DNA of 64,000 nucleotides from Macrostomum lignano. Lineage: Eukaryota. Below the pieces are notes generated by a model. That model was not told the origin of the DNA. It saw only the letters and a program-made list of their open reading frames with translations, and did no database searches. Positions 23,601 through 44,679 of the stretch are shown in pieces (position 1 is the first letter of the stretch; every line of letters starts with the position of its first letter). The DNA lies in assembly GCA_002269645.1 (NCBI GenBank), contig NIVC01002046.1, positions 27,922 to 91,921 of the forward strand. Reading direction: 5' to 3'. The position numbers were made by a program, and so were the translations under genes.

Positions 23601-26600
23601 CTATCGGAGGGTACAGACAGTCTCTATCGGAGGGTACAGACAGTCTCTATCGGAGGGTGCAGACAGTCTCTATCGGAGGGTGCAGACAGTCTCTATCGGA
23701 GGGTACAGACAGTCTCTATCGGAGGGTACAGACAGTCTCTATCGGAGGGTACAGACAGTCTCTATCGGAGGGTACAGACAGTCTCTATCGGAGGGTGCAG
23801 ACAGTCTCTATCGGAGGGTACAGACAGTCTCTATCGGAGGGTACAGACAGTCTCTATCGGAGGGTGCAGACAGTCTCTATCGGAGGGTACAGACAGTCTC
23901 TATCGGAGGGTACAGACAGTCTCTATCGGAGGGTGCAGACAGTCTCTATCGGAGGGTGCAGACAGTCTCTATCGGAGGGTACAGACAGTCTCTATCGGAG
24001 GGTACAGACAGTCTCTATCGGAGGGTACAGACAGTCTCTATCGGAGGGTACAGACAGCCTCTATCGGAGGGTGCAGACAGTCTCTATCAGAGGGTACAGA
24101 CAGTCTCTATCGGAGGGTACCGACAGTCTATCGGAGGGTACAGACAGTCTCTATCGGAGGGTACAGACAGTCTCTATCGGAGGGTGCAGACAGTCTCTAT
24201 CGGAGGGTACAGACAGTCTCTATCGGAGGGTACAGACAGTCTCTATCGGAGGGTACAGACAGTCTCTATCAGAGGGTACAGACAGTCTCTATCGGAGGGT
24301 ACCGACAGTCTATCGGAGGGTACAGACAGTCTCTATCGGAGGGTACAGACAGTCTCTATCAGAGGGTACAGACAGTCTCTATCGGAGGGTACCGACAGTC
24401 TCAATCGGAGGGTGCAGACAGTCTCTATCGGAGGGTACAGACAGTCTCTATCGGAGGGTGCAGACAGTCTCTATCGGAGGGTACCGACAGTCTCAATCGG
24501 AGGGTGCAGACAGTCTCTATCGGAGGGTACAGACAGTCTCTATCGGAGGGTACCGACAGTCTCTATCGGAGGGTACAGACAGTCTCTATCGGAGGGTACA
24601 GACAGTCTCTATCGGAGGGTACAGACAGTCTCTATCAGAGGGTACAGACAGTCTCTATCGGAGGGTACAGACAGTCTCTATCGGAGGGTACAGACAGTCT
24701 CTATCGGAGGGTACAGACAGTCTCTATCGGAGGGTACAGACAGTCTCTATCGGAGGGTGCAGACAGTCTCTATCGGAGGGTGCAGACAGTCTCTATCGGA
24801 GGGTACAGACAGTCTCTATCGGAGGGTACAGACAGTCTCTATCGGAGGGTACAGACAGTCTCTATCGGAGGGTACAGACAGTCTCTATCGGAGGGTGCAG
24901 ACAGTCTCTATCAGAGGGTACAGACAGTCTCTATCGGAGGGTACCGACAGTCTATCGGAGGGTACAGACAGTCTCTATCGGAGGGTACAGACAGTCTCTA
25001 TCGGAGGGTGCAGACAGTCTCTATCGGAGGGTACAGACAGTCTCTATCGGAGGGTACAGACAGTCTCTATCGGAGGGTACAGACAGTCTCTATCAGAGGG
25101 TACAGACAGTCTCTATCGGAGGGTACCGACAGTCTATCGGAGGGTACAGACAGTCTCTATCGGAGGGTACAGACAGTCTCTATCAGAGGGTACAGACAGT
25201 CTCTATCGGAGGGTACCGACAGTCTCAATCGGAGGGTGCAGACAGTCTCTATCGGAGGGTACAGACAGTCTCTATCAGAGGGTACAGACAGTCTCTATCG
25301 GAGGGTACAGACAGTCTCTATCGGAGGGTACCGACAGTCTCTATCGGAGGGTACAGACAGTCTCTATCGGAGGGTGCAGACAGGCTTTATCGGAGGGCAT
25401 AGACAGATTCAGTGGGCAAAAAAGTACAGTACAACAAGTCAAAGCTCAAACAGCACCCACCCTGTGCCCTGGCCGCGGTCAGGTATCTGGATATGGCATT
25501 TTTTTCCTCAGTCTCATTTCTGGTGAACAGAATTCCCGGTCCATCCGCCGCCATGAATTCGTTGCTGAATTGAGCAAAAACGGTTGGCAACTCCGGGTGC
25601 CGGCATTCCACAGTTGGTGGAAAGCTTTTGTTAGCACCGGTTACTCGGGTGAGTCTCGGCTGGTCTTTGTCCGCCCTCTTGGTGGCGGCTGAATCAGAAT
25701 AGACTGTGTTCCAGGTGTTTCTGGGATGTGTTTTCACGATAGAGATTGTGCTTAGTGTTGATGTCAATTTTTACCCCATGATCCAGGTGTTAATCCCCTA
25801 ATTAGAGATCCCATCACCCAGTTGTTAATCCCCTAATTAGAGATCCCATCACCCAGGTGTTAATCCCCTAATTAGAGATCCCATCACCCAGGTGTTAATC
25901 CCCTAATAAGAGATCCCATCACCCAGGTGTTAATCCCCTAATTAGAGATCCTATCACCCAGTTTTTAATCCCCTAATTAGAGATCCCATCACCCAAGTGT
26001 TAATCCCCTAATTAGAGATCCCATCACCCATGTGTTAATCCCCTAATTAGAGATCCCATCACCCAGGTGTTAATCCCCAAATTAGAGATCCCATCACCCA
26101 GGTGTTAATCCCCTATCTCACCTAAACCAGACGGTAGGCAAAGCATGCAGAGTGCTCTCAGAATCGCTGCAGTTCTTGGCGGTCATCACGCAGACGGTGT
26201 TGCCGCCGCCACCGCTGCCATCATCATCGCGGGCATATTCCACGCAGATCTCCCAGTAGCCCTTGTCGAACACTCCAGTATCGTAGATTTCAAATTCGTC
26301 ATCTCTGACGGATCGTTTGGCATTTTCAGCCAGGAGCCGGTCGTAGGGAAACGCTTCGACAGGGTAAATGTACTTGGCTCGCATGTAGTCATGACTGGGA
26401 CTGTTGAGCTGGTAGAAGTAGGCCTCTTTAACGTCTTCTCCGTGATTTCCTTGAGCTCTCACGCCGCCAGTGAGGCCGAACAGTTTTTCCTGGGATTTGG
26501 GAGAAAGGGAAGAAGACAACTAAAAAAGAGAGAGAGGTGCCCGCAGACCTTCTGTCTCCCTCAACAGACACAAAGCAAGACAAATAAACAGACACAAAGC

Positions 26601-27963
26601 AAGACAACTAAACAGACACAAAGCAAGACAACTAAACAGACACAAAGCAAGACAACTAAACAGACACAAAGCAAGACAACTAAACAGAAACAAAGCAAGA
26701 CAACTAAACAGACACAAAGCAAGACAACTAAACAGACACAAAGCAAGACAACTAAACAGACACAAAGCAAGACAACTAAACAGACACAAAGCAAGACAAC
26801 TAAACAGAAACAAAGCAAGACAACTAAACAGACACAAAGCAAGACAACTAAACAGACACAAAGCAAGACAACTAAACAGACACAAAGCAAGACAACTAAA
26901 CAGACACAAAGCAAGACAAATAAACAGACACAAAGCAAGACAACTAAACAGACACAAAGCAAGACAAATAAACAGACACAAAGCAAGACAAATAAACAGA
27001 CACAAAGCAAGACAACTAAACAGACACAAAGCAAGACAACTAAACAGACACAAAGCAAGACAACTAAACAGAAACAAAGCAAGACAACTAAACAGACACA
27101 AAGCAAGACAACTAAACAGATACAAAGCAAGACAAATAAACAGACACAAAGCAAGACAACTAAACAGACACAAAGCAAGACAAATAAACAGACACAAAGC
27201 AAGACAAATAAACAGACACAAAGCAAGACAAATAAACAGACACAAAGCAAGACAAATAAACAGACACAAAGCAAGACAAATAAACAGACACAAAGCAAGA
27301 CAAATAAACAGACACAAAGCAAGACAACTAAACAGACACAAAGCAAGACAACTAAACAGACACAAAGCAAGACAACTAAACAGACACAAAGCAAGACAAA
27401 TAAACAGACACAAAGCAAGACAAATAAACAGACACAAAGCAAGACAACTAAACAGAAACAAAGCAAGACAACTAAACAGAAACAAAGCAAGACAACTAAA
27501 CAGAAACAAAGCAAGACAACTAAACAGATACAAAGCAAGACAACTAAACAGATACAAAGCAAGACAAATAAACAGACACAAAGCAAGACAACTAAACAGA
27601 CACAAAGCAAGACAAATAAACAGACACAAAGCAAGACAAATAAACAGACACAAATACCTTAACAAAGGCATCTTTGCCATTCCAGAATCCCCAAGCGAAG
27701 CACAGCCGGCAGCCGCTGTCGCAAATTCCCAGCAGGCCGTCCTCCCCAGCCAGGTAGGGGTCACGGTGGGATCGGTGGAAATCGCAAAACTCCCAGCAAC
27801 TGCCATCGGCTGACAGGTCTTCCCGAATAGTGGCCCACTGTCTGTCAGACAGGTACGGACCGAACTCGACCGGTGCCTGACGAAGCTGCTTGGCTTCAGT
27901 GGCCTCCAAATTTTGCTGCTGCTGCTTCTGCTTTGTTGCTTTTGCTTGGTACTGTCGCTTCAT
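17646..27963 (-). CDS. GH63-family glucosidase / MGH1-like glycoside hydrolase (YMR196W-like), about 906 aa; exons 27963-27658, 26489-26122, 25720-25457 (donor uncertain, alternative 25461), 23210-22860, 21581-21389, 20266-19671, 18971-18820, 18288-18007, 17854-17646
   Basis: Family motifs in the correct order: [134 protein letters not shown]. GT-AG boundaries found for all eight introns. Confidence 0.9.
18455..18795. repeat. 28-29 bp intronic minisatellite with TGGCGCCA core (copy 2 of 6985-7272)
   Basis: Tandem units read directly. Confidence 0.9.
19028..19553. repeat. 20-bp intronic minisatellite AAATTGAGTACAGTGGCACT
   Basis: About 26 units; a truncated 3.5-unit copy lies at 7505-7573. 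Confidence 0.95.
20308..21320. repeat. About 12-bp intronic minisatellite TGTGACTGAGTG
   Basis: Generates the SHTL repeats in the middle of ORF 19637..21532, which are intron read-through. Confidence 0.95.
21690..22815. repeat. 32-bp intronic minisatellite CAATCAGATTTGATCAAAATCTCATTCATCTA
   Basis: About 33 tandem units. Confidence 0.95.
23354..23528 (-). mobile_element. tRNA-derived SINE-like element
   Basis: Minus strand reads GGTGCCG-TAGCCCAGTGG (A-box) ... GGCTCGATTCC (B-box, 23477-23467), then the 3' module TGAGGGCCAACCCCAAAGGCACAGTGAAGTGTACATGCC. The cloverleaf stems do not pair. Confidence 0.65.
23530..25400. repeat. 23-bp intronic minisatellite TCGGAGGGTACAGACAGTCTCTA
   Basis: About 80 units; the stop-free unit produces the 773, 645 and 340 aa artefact ORFs. 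Confidence 0.96.
25783..26115. repeat. 35-bp intronic minisatellite CCAGGTGTTAATCCCCTAATTAGAGATCCCATCAC
   Basis: About 9 units. Confidence 0.93.
26565..27652. repeat. 24-bp intronic minisatellite CAGACACAAAGCAAGACAACTAAA
   Basis: About 45 units filling GH63 intron 1. Confidence 0.96.
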
Positions 27964-28299
27964 TGTTGCAATTCTTCTATACTTCTACGACTAAAGCTAT
28001 AGTCTTCTGCTTCTAGTAGACACTTCTAAGTCTCCCTCTTGTTTATCAGCAAACTGAGAATGCGAGCGGACATGCATTAAATAGAAATTAACTGCATTTA
28101 GAGGACAGCACAATGCGGTTTCTCTGATAACACTCTCAAAGAAGTTTGCAGTCATTTCTTTCTACTGGCAAACCTATCTATTAAGCCAGAGATAAAGTTG
28201 TATTGACATTTTAACGTACATACGCTCGTACAATGACACAGAGAACTTTAGACTCAATTTTTAGGGCTAAATTGGCGCGAAAACCTTACCCATGGCGCT

Positions 28300-28677
28300 A
28301 GAATCTTGCTTGTAGTGCTAAAATCTTGCTTGCGGCGCTAAAAACTTGCTTGTAGCGCTAAAATCTTGCTTGCGGCGCTAAAATCTTGCTTGTGGCGATA
28401 AAATCTTGCTTGTAGCGCTAAAATCTTGCTTGTAGCGCTAAAATCTGGCTTGCGGCGCCAAAATCTTGCTTGTAGCGCTAAAATCTTGCTTGCGGCGCTA
28501 AAATCTTGCTTGTAGCGCTAAAATCTTGCTTGCGGCGCTAAAATCTTGCTTGTAGCGCTAAAATCTTGCTTGCGGCGCTAAAATCTTGCTTGTAGCGCTA
28601 AAATCTTGCTTGTAGCGCTAAAATCTTGCTTGTGGCGCTAAAATCTTGCTTGTGGCGATAAAATCTTGCTTGTGGCT
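28300..28677. repeat. 20-bp intergenic minisatellite CTAAAATCTTGCTTGTAGCG
   Basis: About 18 units. Confidence 0.94.
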
Positions 28678-29842
28678 CGCTCGTGACCCTGCCCCTTTCA
28701 GATGAAAATCTTGTCTACACTACGAGCGTACTGCTCCGAAAGTCAATTTAAATGCTAAACATACTACTTACATATTACTTACTAGATCAGAATGTGATTC
28801 ATTAGGTAAAGAATAGTCAAAATCGTAATTATTAACATAAATCAAGACGGGTCATATATTTGGGGTTGTATTCAAAAAAACTGCTCAATAAAATTCATTA
28901 GCAAATCCTGAATATAACGTTTGAATATTTATAAGATCGTGACATAGGAATAAACCTAAATAAATATAGCAAATATGCACATACTATGCTACTAACTTCG
29001 CGCCTTTAGTAGCATGAAATAACAATTGCGAAATAAGAACAAATAAACTACGAAAAGCTGAACAAAAACTGTTTTGAATAAAAACCAAAAACTACTCTAT
29101 CAGGGAAGGTAAAAGTTATTCTTAACAGATTAAAACAATAAAAACTTAAGCGAAAATCTAAGAAATATCTTATTATAGAGCTCTCATTTGTAATTAAAAT
29201 AGGTGCATAAAATGACTCAGTTGAACAATATAGCATATTTACACATTGGAAGTCTGAAGTTTTGTTACTGAAGTTGCTTGGAAAAGTCTAGAATTATTAA
29301 TTGACAAAAAAGAGACGCACCACCGATATGTTGAGTAAATCATTTAACAAAGCAATAAAAACCATACGAGTTATATACTGGCAATAAATTGGGCGATTGC
29401 ACCATTAACTTGACCGTGCCTTTGTTCAAGTTTGTCTAGATGTGAAGTCTGTTTGGAATGTAAAAATTTCAAGCATTTAATTGGCATCAACTATCTGATA
29501 TTATTCTTTGATCCGGCAAAGGGTTCAGCCAATCCAAGTCGCAAAGATGCCCACACGGAAAAATAGACAGAGTATTAATTAGCTGACGAGGCATTTAGCG
29601 TTATTAAGACAGTTATAGTTACTCTTCCCGTTTATCCAAAATAGCGTTAATTTGGCTTTAGGGTTTCTGTTATAGGTGAGTCGCATTTTTGTCAAAAAGT
29701 GTAAATCAGGTGGTTGCGCATGTATGTTATTCGGTAAAAATACAGCCAATGAAAACGGTACACACATAGAAGCGGGCATCAATATCAATATTGAACAGTT
29801 ATGAAATCTCTTTCTCATTTTAAAACAGCTAAATAAATTCAT

Positions 29843-40298
<10,456 letters not shown>

Positions 40299-41494
40299 GC
40301 TTCAAGTTGTAAATAATAACTGATTCTTTCTATTCGGTGGAGGAGCAGAAATTAGCTTTACAATTCTCACGATTCGTTTAAGAAAATTAACGACTAATGC
40401 CGACAAGGCCTTTTCTGGTTTGTATATTGAGATTGTTTGGAGCCTCGGATGCCTGGATGAATTTAATAAAAGTACATTTTATGTTATATACTGTATATAA
40501 TTAACTTACTTTTTAAATTAAAATATTAGTTCCTCGACTGGCGTATTTGTTTTTCTTAGTTTCATTTTCTACGACTACGAGTAAAAGCAGTTATTTAAAC
40601 AGTTATCTTTGAAATTAGGTAATTAATTTTAACTTCTAATCTAACTTACCAAATATGGAATCCGATTCCTCTCCTTTGATTCGTAGAAAAGTTTGGCCGC
40701 ACTTACTGCAGTTGTAAAATTTTATTTTGGTTATTCATTTGTTTAATTAAATTATTTAATTAAATCGCAACAACTTATGATTAAGCCTACAGTATGTCTA
40801 TGATTCTAAGACAATTATAAATTAGCTAGCTCAAGTTTCTAAAGTTATGCGCGCAATTATAGCTAACCTGCTGTAGGTCGTCGGGTCGACTGTCGACCTA
40901 ATTAACGTCGATGTTTTTTCTTCGACCTTCTCTAATCGATAGGCTGCGAAATGTGGATTCGCAAAAAGCTGCTTTTCTTTAAGCTACGAGTAATTTGTGT
41001 CTTTTTTAATTGGTTTTTACGATCCTTGCAATGACGAAGACTGAAGAGTCGCAGATAGGCCAGAAAGTAAAAACTTTTACAATTCGCGGCGCATGACGGA
41101 ACAAAACGGGCGGGGGTTAACTTTTAGTCTTAAGAAGGCTATATCTATCGTATCGGGTGGGGCGGAGTGGGGGTGGCTTGAGTGGAATTGATCGTTCGCG
41201 CACACTCAGTCTGGTCCTAACAGCGCGCCATGGGGGCCTGGAGCAAAGTGAGAAAATTTGGTGCGTACGGGGTACACTCAAATTCTGACTAACTGGGGCC
41301 TCTGTTAGGGGTTAATGTACATAGCTCTCTAGGATCATATAATCTGTACAGTATGTACACAGCGGGCTTTCTCTCCATTCTTGTCTGTCCCCGTCGCCCA
41401 GCCCAACCCCCTGAGTATTTTCTATTAGTCCTGCTCCTGATCACTTTCTTTGCGTAAGAAAAACCTGTCGCTTGTTCTGTTCTGTCTCTAATTT

Positions 41495-42030
41495 GGGGGG
41501 GGGCATCATAAACCCGAAAAATCACAACTCCGAAAAGCGCTTTTCATCATAAACCCGAAATATCATAAACCCGAAATATCATAAACCCGAAATATCACAA
41601 ACCCGAAATATCACAAACCCGAAATATCATAAACCCGAAATATCATAACTCCGAAAGTGCTAGCAACGTTCATCATAAACCCAAAATATCATAAACCCGA
41701 AATATCATATCTCCGAAAACCAAAATAGCAACGCCCATCACAAACCCGAAATATCATATCTCCGAAAGTGCTAGCAACGTCCATCATAAACCCGAAATAT
41801 CACAAACCCGAAATATCATATCTCCGAAAACCAAAACAGCAACGCCCATCATGCTAGCAGTGCTAGCACTTTCGGAGTTATGATATTTCGGGTTTATGAT
41901 ATTTCGGGTTTATGATGGACGTTGCTATTTTGGTTTTCGGAGATATGATATTTCGGGTTTGTGATATTTCGGGTTTATGATGGGAAGTGCTTTCGGAGTT
42001 GTGATCTTTCGGGTTTATGATGGCGACCCC
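41495..42030. mobile_element. Foldback-type MITE, 536 bp, with long TIRs built from 16-bp subrepeats
   Basis: Left end GGGGGGGGGCATCATAAACCCGAAAATCACAACTCCGAAA matches the reverse complement of the right end (GGGGTCGCCATCATAAACCCGAAAGATCACAACTCCGAAA). Direct repeat TAATTT flanks both sides (41489-41494, 42031-42036). Confidence 0.85.
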
Positions 42031-43769
42031 TAATTTGCGCTAGTTTTTTTAGGTTTTTTATCTGAGTATTAATAATATAATGCACGTCTAAGTCTAAACG
42101 CTTTAATTTTCCGCTACTATTCTTTACTACGAACGTACTGACTGACTTGACTGCACTAACCAGTTGTGCAGGCACTAACACAGGCACTAACCAGTTGCTT
42201 GAGCCATTAGCCCTGCCCAATACTCTCTGCATATTCTCTGCCCTGCCCACAGATTTTTGGTAGACGAATGAAATCCCGGTGTTAATAAAATGTTCAATGC
42301 TCTATTTTTAGTAACCGAAAAAATATTGATTTTGTTTCCCCCACAATCCTGACAAAGGGACCAGAGCACCGGCGCGCGCTTATATTTTAAGCGGAAATAT
42401 GAGTCACGTCTTTGCCATTGCCGAGATTAAATCGAATCGATTGATCGAATTTTAAGCAATGCCAATGGATTTAGTCATTTTGATTTTTTCTTTGCTTGAG
42501 GTTGACTGGAATTGGTTGTAAGCTGTTTCGCACCTGTAAGTCTAATATCGATAGTTCTCTGTAGTTTACTACTTAAAGTAGGTAAACAAGGAAAATTGCA
42601 CTGCACATAACGCATTTTTAACTATACTCTCGAGTCTCGGCAAATCGACACCTGTGCCTTTCCTCACAATCATTACACTGTCCAATTCTTATATTACTTC
42701 AGTATCTTACACTTCGCAATCCTATAATACTAAAAATGATTGTTTAACCTATAAATTTCCCATTTCACTATGCTCTGATATCATCACATTACACTAAACG
42801 CGTTCCAACCCATCAGGTCAATACAATAGACCAAATAATAGCTAGTTGAGAACCTAATTAGGTTGGCTAGTACTTCTGGGTATAGTGGTTAACACCAGTT
42901 GGACCTTCGTAGCGATCCTGCAAAATATACTTAGCAACATTGAAAAGTCGCCACCCTTTGCCCCAGTGAGCAGTGTCTTTCGACCAGCGTCTATCACCTG
43001 GCCAACCATTTTGATATAAAAAAAATACTTGAAAAAAAACAATGAAAACCAATCGGAAGCTTCAATCTATCCAATCTTCGCCCTCCGCTCTTCCCAATCC
43101 CTCCTCACCCAGCCAAACTCTGCATCACGTAACGCAGGTTGCGTCACTCAAAAGTCAATACTGAGCTAGGATTTACTGCTCACTCAAAGGTGGCGACTTT
43201 TTAATGTTGTTAAGTATTTATGCTCATAGAAACTGTTAAAACAGTTACAAAAGACCAATTTTTTCTAGGAAACAGACCTTGTACACACTGCATTCGTGTG
43301 GAGCTCGGAGCACAGTTTCATCAGAAGGCAATACTACAGAGTGATTGACTGACTGACACCAACCTCTACTACACTCAAAGCCCCTGATTGGGTTAATAAT
43401 TGGATGACCTTTTGCTGCATAGCGGAACACAGAGACTTGGACGGTCGCACAACGGGAGGTCCACCAAGCAGTCTAGATAAAAAAGTTCCAGTTTTTGCCA
43501 CCTCCCGCTGAGCAGCTGTCAATCTGTGTATACGTTACAACTTCGGAAATAGCTAGTTGCAACACTCAAACAAAAATATGCTTTCTTTAGAAAACATTTT
43601 TCCTTCGCAACTTGTCACTGAGTCAAAGCTTGCTTCCTCGGTAGTTAGAAAAAGTTCTCCCTTTGTGAAGTTACACTTACGTAAACGAAAGGAAAAATGT
43701 AAAAAGACTGGGGAAACTTTTCCTTAGGCTTAACATTTTCCATTGGTTGCCTCTCCTCTACAAAAGCAG

Positions 43770-44477
43770 ATGCACAAATTCAGCTTACTTTCTCAGACCA
43801 AAAAATTACACAGTATGGAGCGCCGAAAACAGAAAGAATCGACTTCGGAGCAATTTGCAGGAAGCTTCTCCATTCGCAGCGTACTTGGCGTGCACGAGAA
43901 AGAAGATCAAAGAAGCACGAAAGCAATCTTGTCTCCTGCAGCAGAAAACGGGAGCAAACGACCGCCATATAGCTATAATGCGCTGATTATGCTGGCCATC
44001 AGTAGCAGCAAGGACCAACGGCTCACCTTGTCAAGCATCTACAACTACATTCAAACAAATTTTGCCTATTACAGAATCTGCAGCGAAAAATTCAAACGAG
44101 GCTGGCAGAATTCAATTCGGCACAATCTGTCGCTTAATAAGTGCTTCGTCCGGTTGCCTAGAGGCGTCGGCGGCGCCGGTAGAGGCAGCTACTAGACGCT
44201 GGATCCGGCCTGTCGAGACAGCGTGTTTATCAGCGCCGACTCTGGCAAACTACAGCGTCGTTGTCGAACAGAAATCTGCAAGCAGCGGCAATTGACGTTA
44301 ACAGTAAAAGACGATATTCGACATGAAAAAGAGCTGCTGCAATTGCACTATCGGTTCCAAGTCCTGCAACATCTGCGTCGCATTCAGCAGCAACAATGGC
44401 CAGATGAGAGCGAAAAGTGTTTCTATTGGCCACCGACTAATCTTGTCTGGATTCAACAACTCGGATTCTCCATTTGA
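43770..44477 (+). CDS. FoxG: Intronless FoxG-class forkhead transcription factor with an in-frame TAG (44193-44195) in place of the invariant Trp; pseudogene, null allele, sequencing error or recoded
   Basis: eh1-like FSIRSVLG; forkhead [54 protein letters not shown]; then FoxG-type [15 protein letters not shown] in the same frame. Start is ATG 43770 or 43815. Confidence 0.85.
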
Positions 44478-44679
44478 TAGGAGTTCGAATTCTATATTGT
44501 TACAGAAGGAACTAATTTTAGCAGAACCAGAACGTGTTTTAAAATCAATATGAAATTTGCCTGTTTCTTGCTTTTACGTAATTATGAATAGCCGGGAAAT
44601 TCTGCATAACGAATGGAGTATCTTGATAGGCTGACCAAACCACACTTGGGGTTAATATCAGGAGAATAAATCACACCAA

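Noticed and set aside
23371-25692. 773, 645 and 340 aa ORFs
   Set aside because: They are translations of a stop-free 23-bp minisatellite inside a GH63 intron on the opposite strand.
26145-27806. 505, 428 and 357 aa ORFs (QTQSKTTK or Cys/Leu-rich, membrane-looking)
   Set aside because: A 24-bp array filling GH63 intron 1, bounded by clear donor and acceptor sites.
27964-29842. PRC1-GH63 trans-spliced operon
   Set aside because: Same strand, but the ~1.9 kb spacer is long and I see no clear trans-splice acceptor before the GH63 ATG; not supportable without RNA data.
41050-41090. Hammerhead-like CTGAAGA...GAAA
   Set aside because: No convincing helix II or III and no cleavage triplet.
42854-43522. 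Short minus-strand ORFs upstream of FoxG
   Set aside because: No recognisable domain, no consistent splice chain, lengths at background level.
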